Source of the DNA: Asterias rubens
Taxonomy: Eukaryota
Direction of reading: 5' to 3'
DNA: 64,000 bases
Assembly (NCBI RefSeq): GCF_902459465.1
Contig: NC_047070.1
Span: 13,888,001 to 13,952,000 of the forward strand
Below are positions 36,886-49,669 of the stretch, piece after piece. The first letter of the stretch is position 1. Each line of letters begins with the position of its first letter. The position numbers were made by a program, and so were the translations under genes. The notes beneath the pieces were generated by a model. The model searched no databases, was not told the origin of the DNA, and saw nothing but the letters and a program-made list of their open reading frames with translations.

Positions 36886-39450
36886 TACTCTGAATTACAA
36901 GGATTTAAATTTAAATCCACAGGATTAAATTTTAAATCTTTCAAGGATTGTGCTTAGGGACCAATCAGCGTGGATTTAAAATTAATCTTTCGAAAGATTA
37001 AAAAAATTAGTCTTTGGAGGATTAATTGAGAAAGAAGTAATTTTCCACGAATTTTATTCCAAGACCTCAAGTTTTGAACTTGAGGTCTCGAAATCAACCA
37101 TCTAAACGCACACAACTTGTGACAATGGTGTTTTTTCTTTCGTTATTATCTCGCAAGTTCGATGACCGATTGAGCTCAAATTTTCACAGGTTTGTTATTT
37201 TATGCATATGTTGAAATTCATCAACTGTGAAACTAGTCTTTGACAATTACCAATAGTGTCCACTGCCTTTAAACCTAGATGCTAGAAATCTTTTCGGATT
37301 TATTTCTAATCTTCCTTGGTATAAAAATATTAAACACGATTTCTTAACCAGCAGGGGAAAAAACCGAAAGTAAAAACAGTTTAAAATATTTTCCTTGAAA
37401 AACTTTATTTTCAAATAATATACAAGTTAAATAATACACATGACCTATGTTTTCCGTAAACATGAGAAGTTCTACTTTGTAGCTACATGTTTATCACCCG
37501 AGGGTTAAATCTGCAATTTTATTCAAATATTCTTAGAAGATGCGAGTGGTTGTCAATCAGTTGTAAACGACCTCTGGCCACATTTGAGATAATTATGTTA
37601 AAACAAAACAATTTTTTTGGTTTCATAGACAGGGAAAAAATGGACAGTCTAGTTACGATACTAGCTTTTTCTGATATACTTGCTTTCAAAAAGATTAGGC
37701 TCTAATGTTTCCACAATGACAGTGCACTAACAAAGATATTACAAAATTTACTTTTATTCTAATTGTATTGGATGGGAATAATCAACGAAAAAACACAAGA
37801 TATGCTTACCAGCTTGATCTGAATATTATTAATGTTGGGATTTGCATCAGGTACAATTGAAACCTCTTGACTTTGCCTGGACAAAGAACACTGTAAACAG
37901 CGACCACTAAGGAAGACAGATCACCTGGAAAATGGAAACATTCAGAACATAAAAATAAAAACCTCACATTATTATATAGAGTTTTATTAGTAGCCTATTG
38001 AACTTCAAACAAAGCTTTAACTGGAGACAACTAGGTCCTACAAAATTGTTGTCATGTTTTGGGGTTTTTTTTTTTTCTCGACTCGCAAAAAATCTGTGCT
38101 TTGTATGTATTTTCCAGGATTTAGGACTACATGTTCTTAAATTATTTATTCTGCAAAACAATTTCCACTATGCATGCTATGGGTTCACTCAAGATGTATT
38201 ATTTAAAAAAAAAACATAATTCTCTACCCCCTCATGAAAGTCAAACTAATTTAACATTGCTAGCCTATCGAAATCGTTCTTTCTTCGTTTTTAAATATTT
38301 AGAGCACAGAGTCTAGTATAGGCCTAATATAAATTAATTACGTTTCTATTGTAAAATATTGCCCTATCTACATATATTAATTATCTTGGTGGGCGACCAA
38401 CAAAAGCAACACCAAACAGTAAAACACTGTTGTTCGTGAATTGCATACATGGTACTCGGTAGAGTATGCAACGGGAGCTGAACTCTGGTCCGCCATCGTC
38501 GCTGGAAAAAAAATGAACAGGGTGAGGGGAACTGAGTGAAAATCGGTCTTAAATTCACTCTTTTCCTCGTCTCTTTCTATGTGGAGTATGGTCACGGTCG
38601 TGGACATTATGAAGTTTCTCCGTGGAATGGTTAATGTTTGGTTTATTTTAGTTAACAACGATGTTCACTGACTTTATAACACAACGTACACGTATCAATC
38701 AATAACTTTTACAACTCCACACGACATCGTCGTGTAAACAATCATTGCAAACCTATCCATATCCTATCCGACTACATAAAGATTGATTCACCTACCTCAG
38801 GAAATGTTGAAGTTTTGCCTCGTTACTGGAGTGCCTTCTATTCTGACAAGAAACTTGTGTGACAATGGATGCCTGCTGATCATTCGTTCATGTATAAAAT
38901 GCAGTCAGCTCAGTAGCAGCAGCAGCAGCAGCAGCGCACACAGTCGGTTTATTTAAAGGCAGTGGACACTATTGGTATTTACTCAAAATAATCATTAGCA
39001 TAAAACCTTTCTCGGTGACGAGTAATGGGGAAAGGTTGATGGTATAAAACATTATGAGAAACAACTCCCTCTTATTATCTCGCAAGTTCGATGACCGATT
39101 GAGCTCAAATTTACACAGGTTTGTTTTTTTATGCATATTTTGAGATACACCAACTGTGAAGGCTAATCTTTGACAATTACCAATAGTGTCCACTGTCTTT
39201 AAATGGCCGCCGACAAAGTTTTGAGTCGTACGTTCGTGCAACACGTCACGAAATCGCGTCACGCTGATTGGTCCACTGTCCATAAAGTTGGCGTCCTCTT
39301 TAAATCGTTCGGAGGATTGAAACAAAAAATAGGGTCTACAGATACTTGTTGATTTATTAAATCGATTTGGATTAAAAAATAATCTTTAGGATTTATTTTG
39401 ATTTTAATCCTATAAAAGATTTAAATTTTAAATCTATGTAATTTAGAGTG
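36886..39450. mobile_element. CACTA/CMC-like non-autonomous element (~2.56 kb) upstream of HNMT-like copy 1
   Basis: Imperfect TIRs (t)actctgaattaca..gatttaaa / tttaaatctatgtaatttagagtg and subterminal gatt..aatc repeats. Flanks cta/ata suggest a 3-bp TSD. The element is absent from the paralogous sites near 45835 and 48225. Confidence 0.65.
38957..39198. mobile_element. MITE family K1, internally deleted, nested in the CACTA-like element
   Basis: Both TIRs and TTAA flanks are present; 242 bp. A partial copy also lies at ~37024-37268. Confidence 0.75.
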
Positions 39451-40008
39451 ATACTAAATTGATCAAATTTCACATGTTGGTTGTCGATTAGGTGTATTGA
39501 GGAAGGGCGTGGATGTTGACAACTATAAGCTCTTACCTCGTTCTATCTTGGACAAGAATGATTAGAAGATGTAGGTGGAGACAGTACCATCAAGAAACCC
39601 ACACGTCCGAGCTCTTACAGTTTTTCGCAATTGCTGCTTGTCTGGCATTTCAAGTAGCTTCTACACTCTCCATAAATTTGTAATACACTTGCTTGGCTAT
39701 TATCAATCAAAACTCACAAAGAACTCTCTCAGGTGTAGCGACTAAACAACAGTGGCAGTGCATTCTCACGTAAACTCATTCAGTTCTAGTGTTAAGTCGG
39801 CGGAATCAATTCAAGTTTGGAATTTCGTAGGTTTATATCACATTTTGCCCTCTGATTTGTCACGTCCGCTGTAATTTGTCAATGCACCAAAGGGCGGAAT
39901 GGTGTTGGTTTTGTGCAGAGCGACATTGCAGCAGACTTGGATCTATGTTTGTGTATATACCAGGCTTAGTCTACGGTTCGAATCATTCACTCTGCGGATC
40001 ATGGTTAA

Positions 40009-40368
40009 AGCCATTGGACACTTTCGGTAAACAGTATTGTCCAAGGCCCACACTTCGTGTACCACAACTTATACATAAAATAACAAACCTGTGAGAATTT
40101 AGGCTCAATTGGTCATCGGAGTCGGGAGAAAATAACGGGAAAACCCACTCTTGTTTCCGCGCGTTTCGCCGTGTAATGATGTGTTTAAAATAAATCCATA
40201 ATTCTCGCTATCGAGAATTGATATTGTTTTAATGTTTTCTCAAAAAGTAAAGCATTTCATAGAATAATATTTCAAGAGAGGTCTTTCATCATTACCTTAT
40301 GTAAACCCTGTAAATTATTTGTAAATCTGTGAACTTTTTTTTTTCTGTATCGAAAGTGTATAATGGCT
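40009..40368. mobile_element. TTAA-flanked MITE family K2
   Basis: ttaa|agccattggacactttcgg..gtgtataatggct|ttaa. Other copies at ~12476-12830 and 59992-60350. Confidence 0.8.
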
Positions 40369-41172
40369 TTAATACCTTATAATGTAATATTTTGAATAGA
40401 CAAGTTCAAAGTCTGCCATTGATGCAGTATCATGTCAACAGTACAAAAACAACGACAGCATCGAACGCAAACGGCCTCAGGACTTGGCACGAGTTCACTT
40501 TGTACACGGATACGAAACACGCTTTAATGATCTCATGATGACGTGAAATATAAAACTACTTCATTGTGCACAATTTCAATACCCAGAGAGTCAATATCTG
40601 AATTTTTTTTTGAAAATTTGACCTTTAATTTTGGGAGATCAGTGCTAACAAGATTGCCTAACTAAATATTAATGTCATTTTAACTCAGCTAGTTGATTAA
40701 GAAATTAAACAGTATAACATTTAGTGATTAAGTTACGTACTAAGCTTAGATTCAATATAGGACTTAAGTCTGTAATATCTTCTGTTTTTAAGATTACGAA
40801 TTTGTGTTAAACCTATGGCGCTTAAGAAAGAAAAAAGGTTGGTAAAACGTTTTTAAAATCTCGACAAAATCAATACCTGTTCCGACAGTAGGTCGGAACA
40901 GCTAAATATAAAAAAATATGTATATTTATTTTTCTGGATTCTTCCCTTAATCCCTTTCCCGTCTTTTTTTGTATAAATGGATACGTATTGTTATTACATG
41001 GTGTTACCGCAAACTTTTCTATATCTTACTTCCACCATGCAAACTTTCAAATCCTACGGATACGTATTTGTTTGTATACTTTTTTTATGCCTCTGAAGAG
41101 GGTCCGATTTGGATCGAAAGCCAAGGTCATGTACCCAGGTCATCATTAAAATAAAAACAATTGTAGCCCGGG

Positions 41173-44119
41173 TTAGCGTACGATTATAAAATACTCCCAA
41201 TCTCCTTTGAGCAATATCTTGCCATCTTTCTTGTCAGAGAAGCGGTCACTTTTCAAGAATTGCAAGACCTCTGCTTGGGTTTCGGGGGAGGCTGTTTTAG
41301 TAAAATTATCCCTGTGTGTGTAGAAGTCTAGGAGAAGACGTCCGTCTTCGCTCATATCTTCGGGAGGATCGAAGCAGTCAGTGATGTCTGTACGCTCTTC
41401 GATGACAGATTCATGTGCTATGGGGATGTTTTCCATTACACAGGAAGCCTTGACTTCATGAGAAGTTATACTTGGTCGATGATCTCTCTCTGTAAAAGGT
41501 GCACCGACTGCTCCTGTTTGAACAAATAGAATCTTTAATAACACACATAAAATAAATAATAGTAAATAATAAGTGGGATAAACAGTGTGTAAAATACATG
41601 TGTTACACAATGTTAACAATTACCCGAACTCAAGTACCATGGTAGAGTTTGTTTATGTAATGTTATGCTTTTACACAACTTTTATCAAGTTTTACAATGA
41701 TCATTAAATACACTGGACACTATTGGTAATTGTCCAAGACCAGTCTTCTCACTCGGTGTATCTCAACATATGCATACAATAACAAACCTGTGACAATTTG
41801 TGCTCAATTGGTCGTCGAAATTGCGAGATAATAATGAAAGAAGGAAACACCCTTGTCACACGAAGTTGTTTGCTTTCAGATGCTTGATTTCGAGACCTCA
41901 ATTTCTAAATCTAGGTCTCGAAATCAAATTCGTGGAAAGTTACTTGTTTCTCGAAAACTCGTCACTTCAGAGGGAGCCGTTTCTTACAGTGTTTTATACT
42001 ATCAACCTTTCCCCATTACTCGTTACCAAGTATAAGGTTTTATGCTAATAATTAGTTTGAGAAATTAACAATAAAGTCCACCGCCTTTAACGTTTTACAG
42101 ACTAATCGGGTAACTTGTAGAGTAATGATGCCATTTTTACTTGCTTACTCTCGAGTCGGAAATATACAATTTTGTGAAGTTTTGGTTACTAAATCTGTAT
42201 AATTTTGTAAAGTGAAACTGAATAATTTAAGACATTGTTCAGTTTTTCAATAGTCAATTATGATTTTTTAATTCTGTGTTGGTTTCCGTTGCGACCACTC
42301 CCCCATTAATGACGAAAAATTCACTACACGAAACGCGCACTGATGGGGAAAGGGTAACAGCTGAGCAGAAGTAGGCCTATTGCGAGCATCATTTCAAAAT
42401 TAAAGTTTACGGGCTATTTTTAACTTGTGGAGTTTATTTACCGGTGCACCATATTATGAGTTTTACTCAATTTGGTTGGAAATTTTACCATATACTTTTG
42501 ATAATTAGACACTTGAAAATTATGCCAGTCCTAGCTAAAAAGCCACACAAATATAGAACTCAAGGTTTTCCGACACTCAGATTATTGTTTCGGATGTCAC
42601 AGTGAGCATTACGTACCCGTAACAGCCAGTATCAGCATCATGCCACCGGGTTCCAGTCGACTGTACAGATCTCTGAGTGTGCCCGGGAGATCTTGAAAGT
42701 AATACACGGAATGCACGGCGCTGATGAAGTGGAACTTCTCGCCGTCGTTTACGCCGTTCTCCAGGTAGGCCTTCAGCGTCTCTGTCCGCCAATCGTAACG
42801 GATGCTATGTAGCTGAGTTCCCTGGGTGTCGACACGATTCTGGTATTCTTTAATCATGTAAACAGATGGCTCTACGATCGTGGCTGTGACGGGATGCACG
42901 GACTCGTTCCTGTCTCGTACGACCTTCAAAATGTCATCTTCAACTTCACCTGTAAAAAGTTTCATATTTAGATTTTCAAAAACAATCGAGCAATGTTTAC
43001 ACCATGTCAGCAATTTGTGTTGACGTTATTTTGTTGTACATTAAACGTACTTCTTTGAAGTATTCGTCATAATATCGCATTCAGAATCAAACTGAAGGTG
43101 ATACTTTTGGGAATATTTTCTCAGTTTCGAAAATAATGTTAGTTGCCTGCATTTCAACCTCAAGTCTTTCTCAAAGATAGTTTGTAGCCTCACTTTAAGA
43201 CACTTAGTCTTACTCTTTTTAGCCATCGAGAAAGACTGGTTGGGTAAACTTGTCAGTCCATGCTTACAGTTTTTTTAAGGTGACGTAACCCGGAGCGAAA
43301 GTAACACTCAAAAACAGCCCACCCACCCCCCCCCCCCAAAAAAAAAAAGGGGGGGAACACAAAAGTTGTGGTCGACTGCTGTCCGAAAACCTAAAAAATA
43401 AATGAACCGAAACAATTAGATAATTTTGGGACGCTAGGTGGCAGTTGGCAGCAGACTTACCCTGTAATCTTGGTATTTTGCGCATGTTCAGAACTACGTA
43501 ACACTGAACATTGACTTTTTCTCTAATATCTATTACACAAGCGCTGACTGTTGAATGATGAGCTGCATGCTGGTCTAGCTGGCGATCAATTGATCGCTTG
43601 CTAGACCAGCATGCAGCTCGTCCCACGCCTAACCGCCAGACCGAGAATTTGTGACATTATTTCCCGGTCAAGTCTGCTGCCACCAAGCGGTCCCAAGGTC
43701 GTCATGGGTGCAAACATTAAAACGAAAAAGAGTAATGAATCGTGAGAATTCAATTTCACAAATGTCTACCAATCAACACTTAAAAACATTAAGCCAATCG
43801 CAAACTTAACCTCAACCCTCTAATCTATACTTTAGCTAACAGATTTGCTCTCAAAAATAGATCTGTAATCCGTAGTTACTGATAAATTAAACAAAATAAG
43901 TAAGTAACCCGTTATTCCATGTTGCAACGTACCGTCGCCAGGTCCGATGCTAAGTACCCGCGTGACGTCACCAGAGTTGACCTTGATGGAGTTGATGACC
44001 TGGCGTAGCTGGGTGTGTATAAAGTTCGTCATAACTTGGAGTCTATTACTATTACGAGCGAACGCTTTGAAGGAACGGTGATACCGATCAAAGTCCCCGA
44101 CCAATTTGTCCGATGCCAT
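41173..44119 (-). CDS. HNMT: Histamine N-methyltransferase-like, copy 2 (286 aa, 3 coding exons)
   Basis: Exons 44119-43933, 42949-42617, 41513-41173. Exon 1 and 2 lengths and phases match copy 1 (187, 333 nt); exon 3 is one codon shorter. The frame is open throughout. Confidence 0.85.
41708..42086. mobile_element. MITE family K1 in HNMT-like copy 2 intron 2 (absent from copy 1)
   Basis: TTAA flanks and K1 TIRs and interior. Confidence 0.75.
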
Positions 44120-44251
44120 TGTTTTAACCACGGTCGGTGCAGTCAGTGTTGTCTTAACTTAAACTGCAAAAAAATGCATTGTGATTTACTAGATTATGTT
44201 ATGGACAAAATCGGTTTAACTAAGATCATGATGGCTACCTGAGTTACTTAA

Positions 44252-44630
44252 AGGCAGTGGACACTATTGGTAATTGTCAAAGACTAGCCTTCACAGTTGG
44301 TGTATCTCAACATATGCATACAATAACAAACCTGTAAAAATTTGAGCTCAATCGGTCATCAAAGTTGCGAGATAATAATTAAAAAAGAAAACACCCTTGT
44401 CACACGAAGTTGTGTGCGTTTAGATGGTTGATTTCGAGACCTCAAGTTCTTAATCTGAGGTCTCGAAATCAAATTCGTGGAAAACTACTTCTTTCTCCAA
44501 AACTATGGCACTTCAGAGGGAGCGGTTTCTCACATTGTTTTATACCACCAACCTCTCCCTATTACTTGTCACCAAGAAAGGTTTTATGCAAATAATTATT
44601 TTGAGTAATTACCAATAGTGTCCACTGCCT
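44252..44630. mobile_element. MITE family K1
   Basis: Perfect ttaa|aggcagtggacactattggtaatt..aattaccaatagtgtccactgcct|ttaa. A second copy with an internal insertion follows at 44704-45228. Confidence 0.85.
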
Positions 44631-45294
44631 TTAAAAAGGCTGACTCTAATTTAACATCGCTTGAATCTGGGCAGAGAACTGTAAGAGCTAAACTAATGCT
44701 TAAAGACACTGGACACTATTGGTGAATGTCAAAGACCAGTCTTCTCACTTGTTGTATCCCAACATATGCATCAATAACAAACTTTTGAGCTCAAATCGTC
44801 GTCGAAGTTGCTAGTAATGAAAGAAAAAAGACCCTTGTTCAGATGCTTGATTTACGGACCTCAAAATCAAGAGGTCTCAAAATCAAATTCGTGGAAAATT
44901 AATTATTCCTCGAAAAATGCGTTGCTTAAGAGGGAGTCGTTTCTTTCAATTTTTTCAGACGATGTGACCTCTGACGTCACTTGGAAACCATAACACGACT
45001 CGTGCGCATACCGCCGGCCACAACCCTTGTGTTTTGGCAGCCATCTAAAAAAGTACACGCAATCTTACCATGACTCACGCGTCTTTTTGCCCGGCGAAAC
45101 ATGTCGTGTACAGTATTTTGTCAACAGAGGGCGGTTTTAATGTAAACATAGGTCACATCGTCTATACTATCCCCATTACCCGTACACAAGTAACTTGGTT
45201 TTATAATTACCAACAGTGTCCACTGCCTTTAATTTGTTCTCCGATATTTTAATTTAGCACCAGTATTGTTTACTCTACTTTCCAAATTAACCAA

Positions 45295-48200
45295 CGTAAA
45301 GATTCTCCTACATTAAAAATTCCCTTTTCAATAAATTACGATGATACTGATAGGCCTAGTTGAAATGATTCTCTTCGGGTTGGTGATCGACCACAAAAAA
45401 CCTGAACAACGGGCAAATTGTCGTGACCCTGCATGACCCTTATTCCGTGACCCATCCATGGCACAAGAGGAGTTTTCCGAACCATACCATGGTTGTCCAT
45501 GGGTGTGTTCGTTTAGCTTCCCTGGGTCGACCCCGGTCTTCCCCCGGTGCGTTCGAATAGCTTTGACGTCATTCCAGGGGCTCACCCGGGTCAGCCCCCA
45601 GTGCCCTGCTTGTGGAGTGGGTCACTTGGGGGCTGGCCCCAGGTGAACGACGTCACTACGAGAGCGGTGAGTGATCATCGTGTAGCTCTTGTCACGGGCT
45701 CTTGAGTGAGCACCGCGGGTAGACCCAGGGAAGCTAATCGAACGCACCCTATGGTTGTCTGAATAGAGCTGTCACCATTATAAAATGAACGTGCACATCC
45801 TATGCAAAAACTCAAATAATGTTGTTAGCATAATATACTAAATTGATCAAATTTCACATGTTGGTTGTCAATAGGTGTATCGAGGAAAGGCGTGGATGTC
45901 GGCAACGAATAAGCTCTTACCTCTTTTAATCTTGGACAAGTCTGATTAGAAGTCTACTTGTAGGCGGGGGCAATACCGTCGAGGAAACCCGCAAGAGCTG
46001 GTACAGTTTTTGCATTATGAGTTACTGTATGTCTGGCAACAAGAGTATTCTTCAGGAAGGTCAGCCGTACAGTACCCACAACAATTATTTGTTATGCACT
46101 AGCTTAGCTATTATCACTCAAAATACTCAAAGAATTCGCTCATGTGTAACGACGACATACCCGAAGCGGGTACCTTCGCACGTAAGTCGGTCGGTAACGT
46201 GTTTATTCGGTAGAATCAATTCAACTTCAGTTCGGGACATTGGTCGCTCCCTGAGTTTCACGCCCGCTCTACTGACGCGTCGCGTGATCCCCCCCCCCCC
46301 CCTTAAAAAGGAAGCATAATAATATAGGTTTTCTCGGTCAATTTCGGCAAATGAGCAGCCAATTTAACCACCAAGCTATTATATTTCGCGCGAAATCGAA
46401 TGCTACTGAAAAGGGTCACTCGATTTCGTTTTATGATTGGTCAAATGTAATGTTGCGTCATTCGGTTTAACAAAATAATCATTCAATTTAATAATTCATC
46501 AAAGCAGCATTCAAATTCGCAGACGCTTCTTGAGGCGTGCGAATTCGAATGCTGCTTTGATGAATTGTTAAATTGAATGATTATTTTGTTAATTCGAATG
46601 ACGCAACATTACATTTGACTAATCCCAAAACGAAATCGAATGACCCTTTTGAGTAGCACTCGATTTTGCGCGAAATAGAATAGCTTGGTGGTTAAATTGG
46701 CTGCTCTTTTTCCGAATTTGACCGAGAAAACCTATAATAATAATAATAATAAATTGCTTGACACATGTTTCTGTTGAAAACAAGGTTGAAAAAGATCAAG
46801 GCCGCTGAAAAACAGAGCTCTGGAGAGTACTGACTACACTGCAAACACACATCTGTGTTTGGTAAACAAACAAAATAAATGATACAATTGCTTCCAATAC
46901 TGAACCATGATCCGCCGAATGAATGAACAACACAGGCTTCGATAACAAGAACGAAAACGAGAACGAAAACGAGAACGTTTACAATGCACGCCCTCGAAAT
47001 CAAAAAAATAAATGTACACTTACTGTTCCGCAAAATGAATGGTTAACACAGGTCTCGGTAACGAGGACGAAAACGATGACGAAAACGAGAACGTGAACGT
47101 TTTATACAATGCACGCAATCGATTGGTATAAGCATGTGCGTATTCAGCGCTGAGCAACTCAACCACTAGATTGCGTTCTCTTTCCGTCGTGATCGTTATC
47201 GTTTTCAATACCGCTGCAGTGTGACCGAGGCCGAATTTCATAGAGCTGCCAAGCACAAAAATTTGCTAAGCATGCAATTTATTCCTTGATAAAAACAGGA
47301 TTACCAACAACATTTCCATTTGTTGCATACTGCTTGTATTACTTGTGTTCATCTGTTGTTTGCTTATTCCTGAAAATCTTTTGAAAATTTTGTTGGTAAT
47401 CCTGTTTTTATCAAGGCAAAAGTTTTGTGCTAAGCAGCTCTATGAAATTGGGCCCGGGCCTTTAGCCGGGTACACAAACAATGTCTAAGTTCGCTGCAAT
47501 GACGCTCTGCGCAAAACCAACAGCTTTCGCCCCAAGGTGCCCAAAGTACAATTAAACGGATTCTTGAGTGAGCGGATTCTGGATTTGGGTTTTTGTCTGA
47601 ATCAAAAAGAAATTTTGAGCAACTGCGATACGGTAACGCTAGGCGTTCAACAAATATTTTTGAGTTAATTACCTCTACTTCAGAATGCGTAAAGATTCTC
47701 CTACATTAAAAATTCCCTTTTCAATAAATTACGATGATACTGATAGGCCTAGTTGAAATGATTCTCTTCGGGTTGGTGATCGACCACAAAAAACCTGAAC
47801 AACGGGCAGATTGTCGTGACCCTGCATGACCCTTATTCCGTGACCCATCCATGGCACAAGAGGAGTTTTCCGAACCATACCATGGTTGTCCATGGGTGTG
47901 TTCGTTTAGCTTCCCTGTGTCGACCCCGGTCTTCCCCCGGTGCTTTCGAATAGCTTTGACGTCATTCCAGGGGCTCACCCGGGTCAGCCCCCAGTGCCCT
48001 GCTTGTGGAGTGTGTCACTTGGGGGCTGGCCCCAGGTGAACGACGTCACTACGAGAGCGGTGAGTGATCATCGTGTAGCTCTTGTCACGGGCTCTTGAGT
48101 GAGCACCGCGGGTAGACCCAGGGAAGCTAATCGAACGCACCCTATGGTTGTCTGAATAGAGCTGTCACCATTATAAAATGAACGTGCACATCCTATGCAA

Positions 48201-48939
48201 AAACTCAAATAATGTTGTTAGCATATACTAAATTGATCAAATTTCACATGTTGGTTGTCAATAGGTGTATCGAGGAAAGGCGTGGATGTTGGCAACGAAT
48301 AAGCTCTTACCTCTTTTAATCTTGGACAAGTCTGATTAGAAGTCTACTTGTAGGCGGAGGCAATACCGTCGAGGCAACCCGCACGAGCTGGTACAGTTTT
48401 TGCATTATGAGTTACTGTATGTCTGGCAACAAGAGTATTCTTCAGGAAGGTCAGCCGTACAGTCGACCAACAACAATTATTTGTTATGCACTAGCTTAGC
48501 TATTATCACTCAAAATACTCAAAGAATTCGCTCATGTGTAACGACGACATACCCGAAGCGGGTACCTTCGCACGTAAGTCGGTCGGTAACGTGTTTATTC
48601 GGTAGAATCAATTCAACTTCAGTTCGGGACATTGGTCGCTCCCTGAGTTTCACGCCCGCTCTACTGACGCGTCGCGTGATCCCCCCCCCCCCTTAAAAAG
48701 GAAGCATAATAATATAGGTTTTCTCGGTCAATTTCGGCAAATGACCAGCCAATTTAACCACCAGCCTATTCTATTTCGCGCGAAATCGAATGCTACTGAA
48801 AAGGGTCACTCGATTTCGTTTTATGATTGGTCAAATGTAATGTTGCGTCATTCGGTTTAACAAAATAATCATTCAATTTAATAATTCATCAAAGCAGCAT
48901 TCAAATTCGCAGACGCTTCTTGAGGCGTGCGAATTCGAA
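45295..48939 (+). repeat. Recent ~1.25-kb direct duplication (45295-46549 and 47688-48939)
   Basis: Near-identical sequence from cgtaaagattctcctac to gcgaattcgaa in both copies. Confidence 0.9.
46322..46738. mobile_element. Foldback MITE (~415 bp near-palindrome)
   Basis: tataggttttctcggtca..tgaccgagaaaacctata, with arms paired almost to the centre (~46528). A longer relative lies at ~14043-14978 and a half copy at ~48714-48939. Confidence 0.8.
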
Positions 48940-49328
48940 GTTTGTACGTGAGAATGGCGTCCTTACCCTTAAGGTTACCCGGTTATTCTGAAAAACTTTC
49001 ATGAACCTAGAAAACTTGACAAAAGTTGTGTTTTAAAAGCATAAGATTGCATAAACAAACTCTACCGTGGTTTCAGCCTCCTCGGTCCGGGTCTTCACCG
49101 CATACCCGTGGTGCACGGAGCGCCGCTGGCCCCCACGGGCACTCTCACACGATTGCCTCCGACTCTGCACTTTGCCGTGCTCCCAGAAGACCGTCTTTCC
49201 ACCAAGTGGGGGCCCGGTGCCAGGGTAAATTTTAACATAGGTGTTGTAATGTTTTACACAACATTGTTTCACTTATTTGCTACCATTAAATTAATGTGTG
49301 TAATTAAATATTCTGTTTGGTCAAACAG

Positions 49329-49669
49329 AAGAGGTTGGTGCACCTTTTACAGAGAGAGACCATCGACCAAGTATAACTGCTCAAGACGTCAAGGCTACAT
49401 GTGAAACGGACAACATCCCCATAGCACATGAATCTGTCATCGAAGAGCGTATAAACATCACTGACTGCTTCGATCCTCCCGAAGATATGAGCGAAGACGG
49501 ACATTCCCTCCTGGACTTCTACACACACGTGGTCAATTTTACTGAAACAGCCTCCCCCGAAACCCAAGCAGAGGTCTTGCAATTCTTGAAAAGTGATCGC
49601 TTGTCTGAAAAGATAGATGGCAAGATACTGCTCATAGGAGATTGGGAGTATTTTATAATCGTACGCTAA
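49329..49669 (+). pseudogene. Orphan, inverted copy of HNMT-like exon 3
   Basis: caaacAG acceptor, then a 341-nt open frame (EVGAPFTERDHRPSIT...GDWEYFIIVR*). Upstream 49010-49070 is inverted intron-2 homology. I found no plus-strand exon 1 or 2 upstream in the window. Confidence 0.75.

Noticed and set aside
38377-38658. 93-aa minus-strand ORF as a standalone gene or transposase
   Set aside because: It has no recognisable domain and lies inside the CACTA-like element; it is kept only as possible exon-like cargo.
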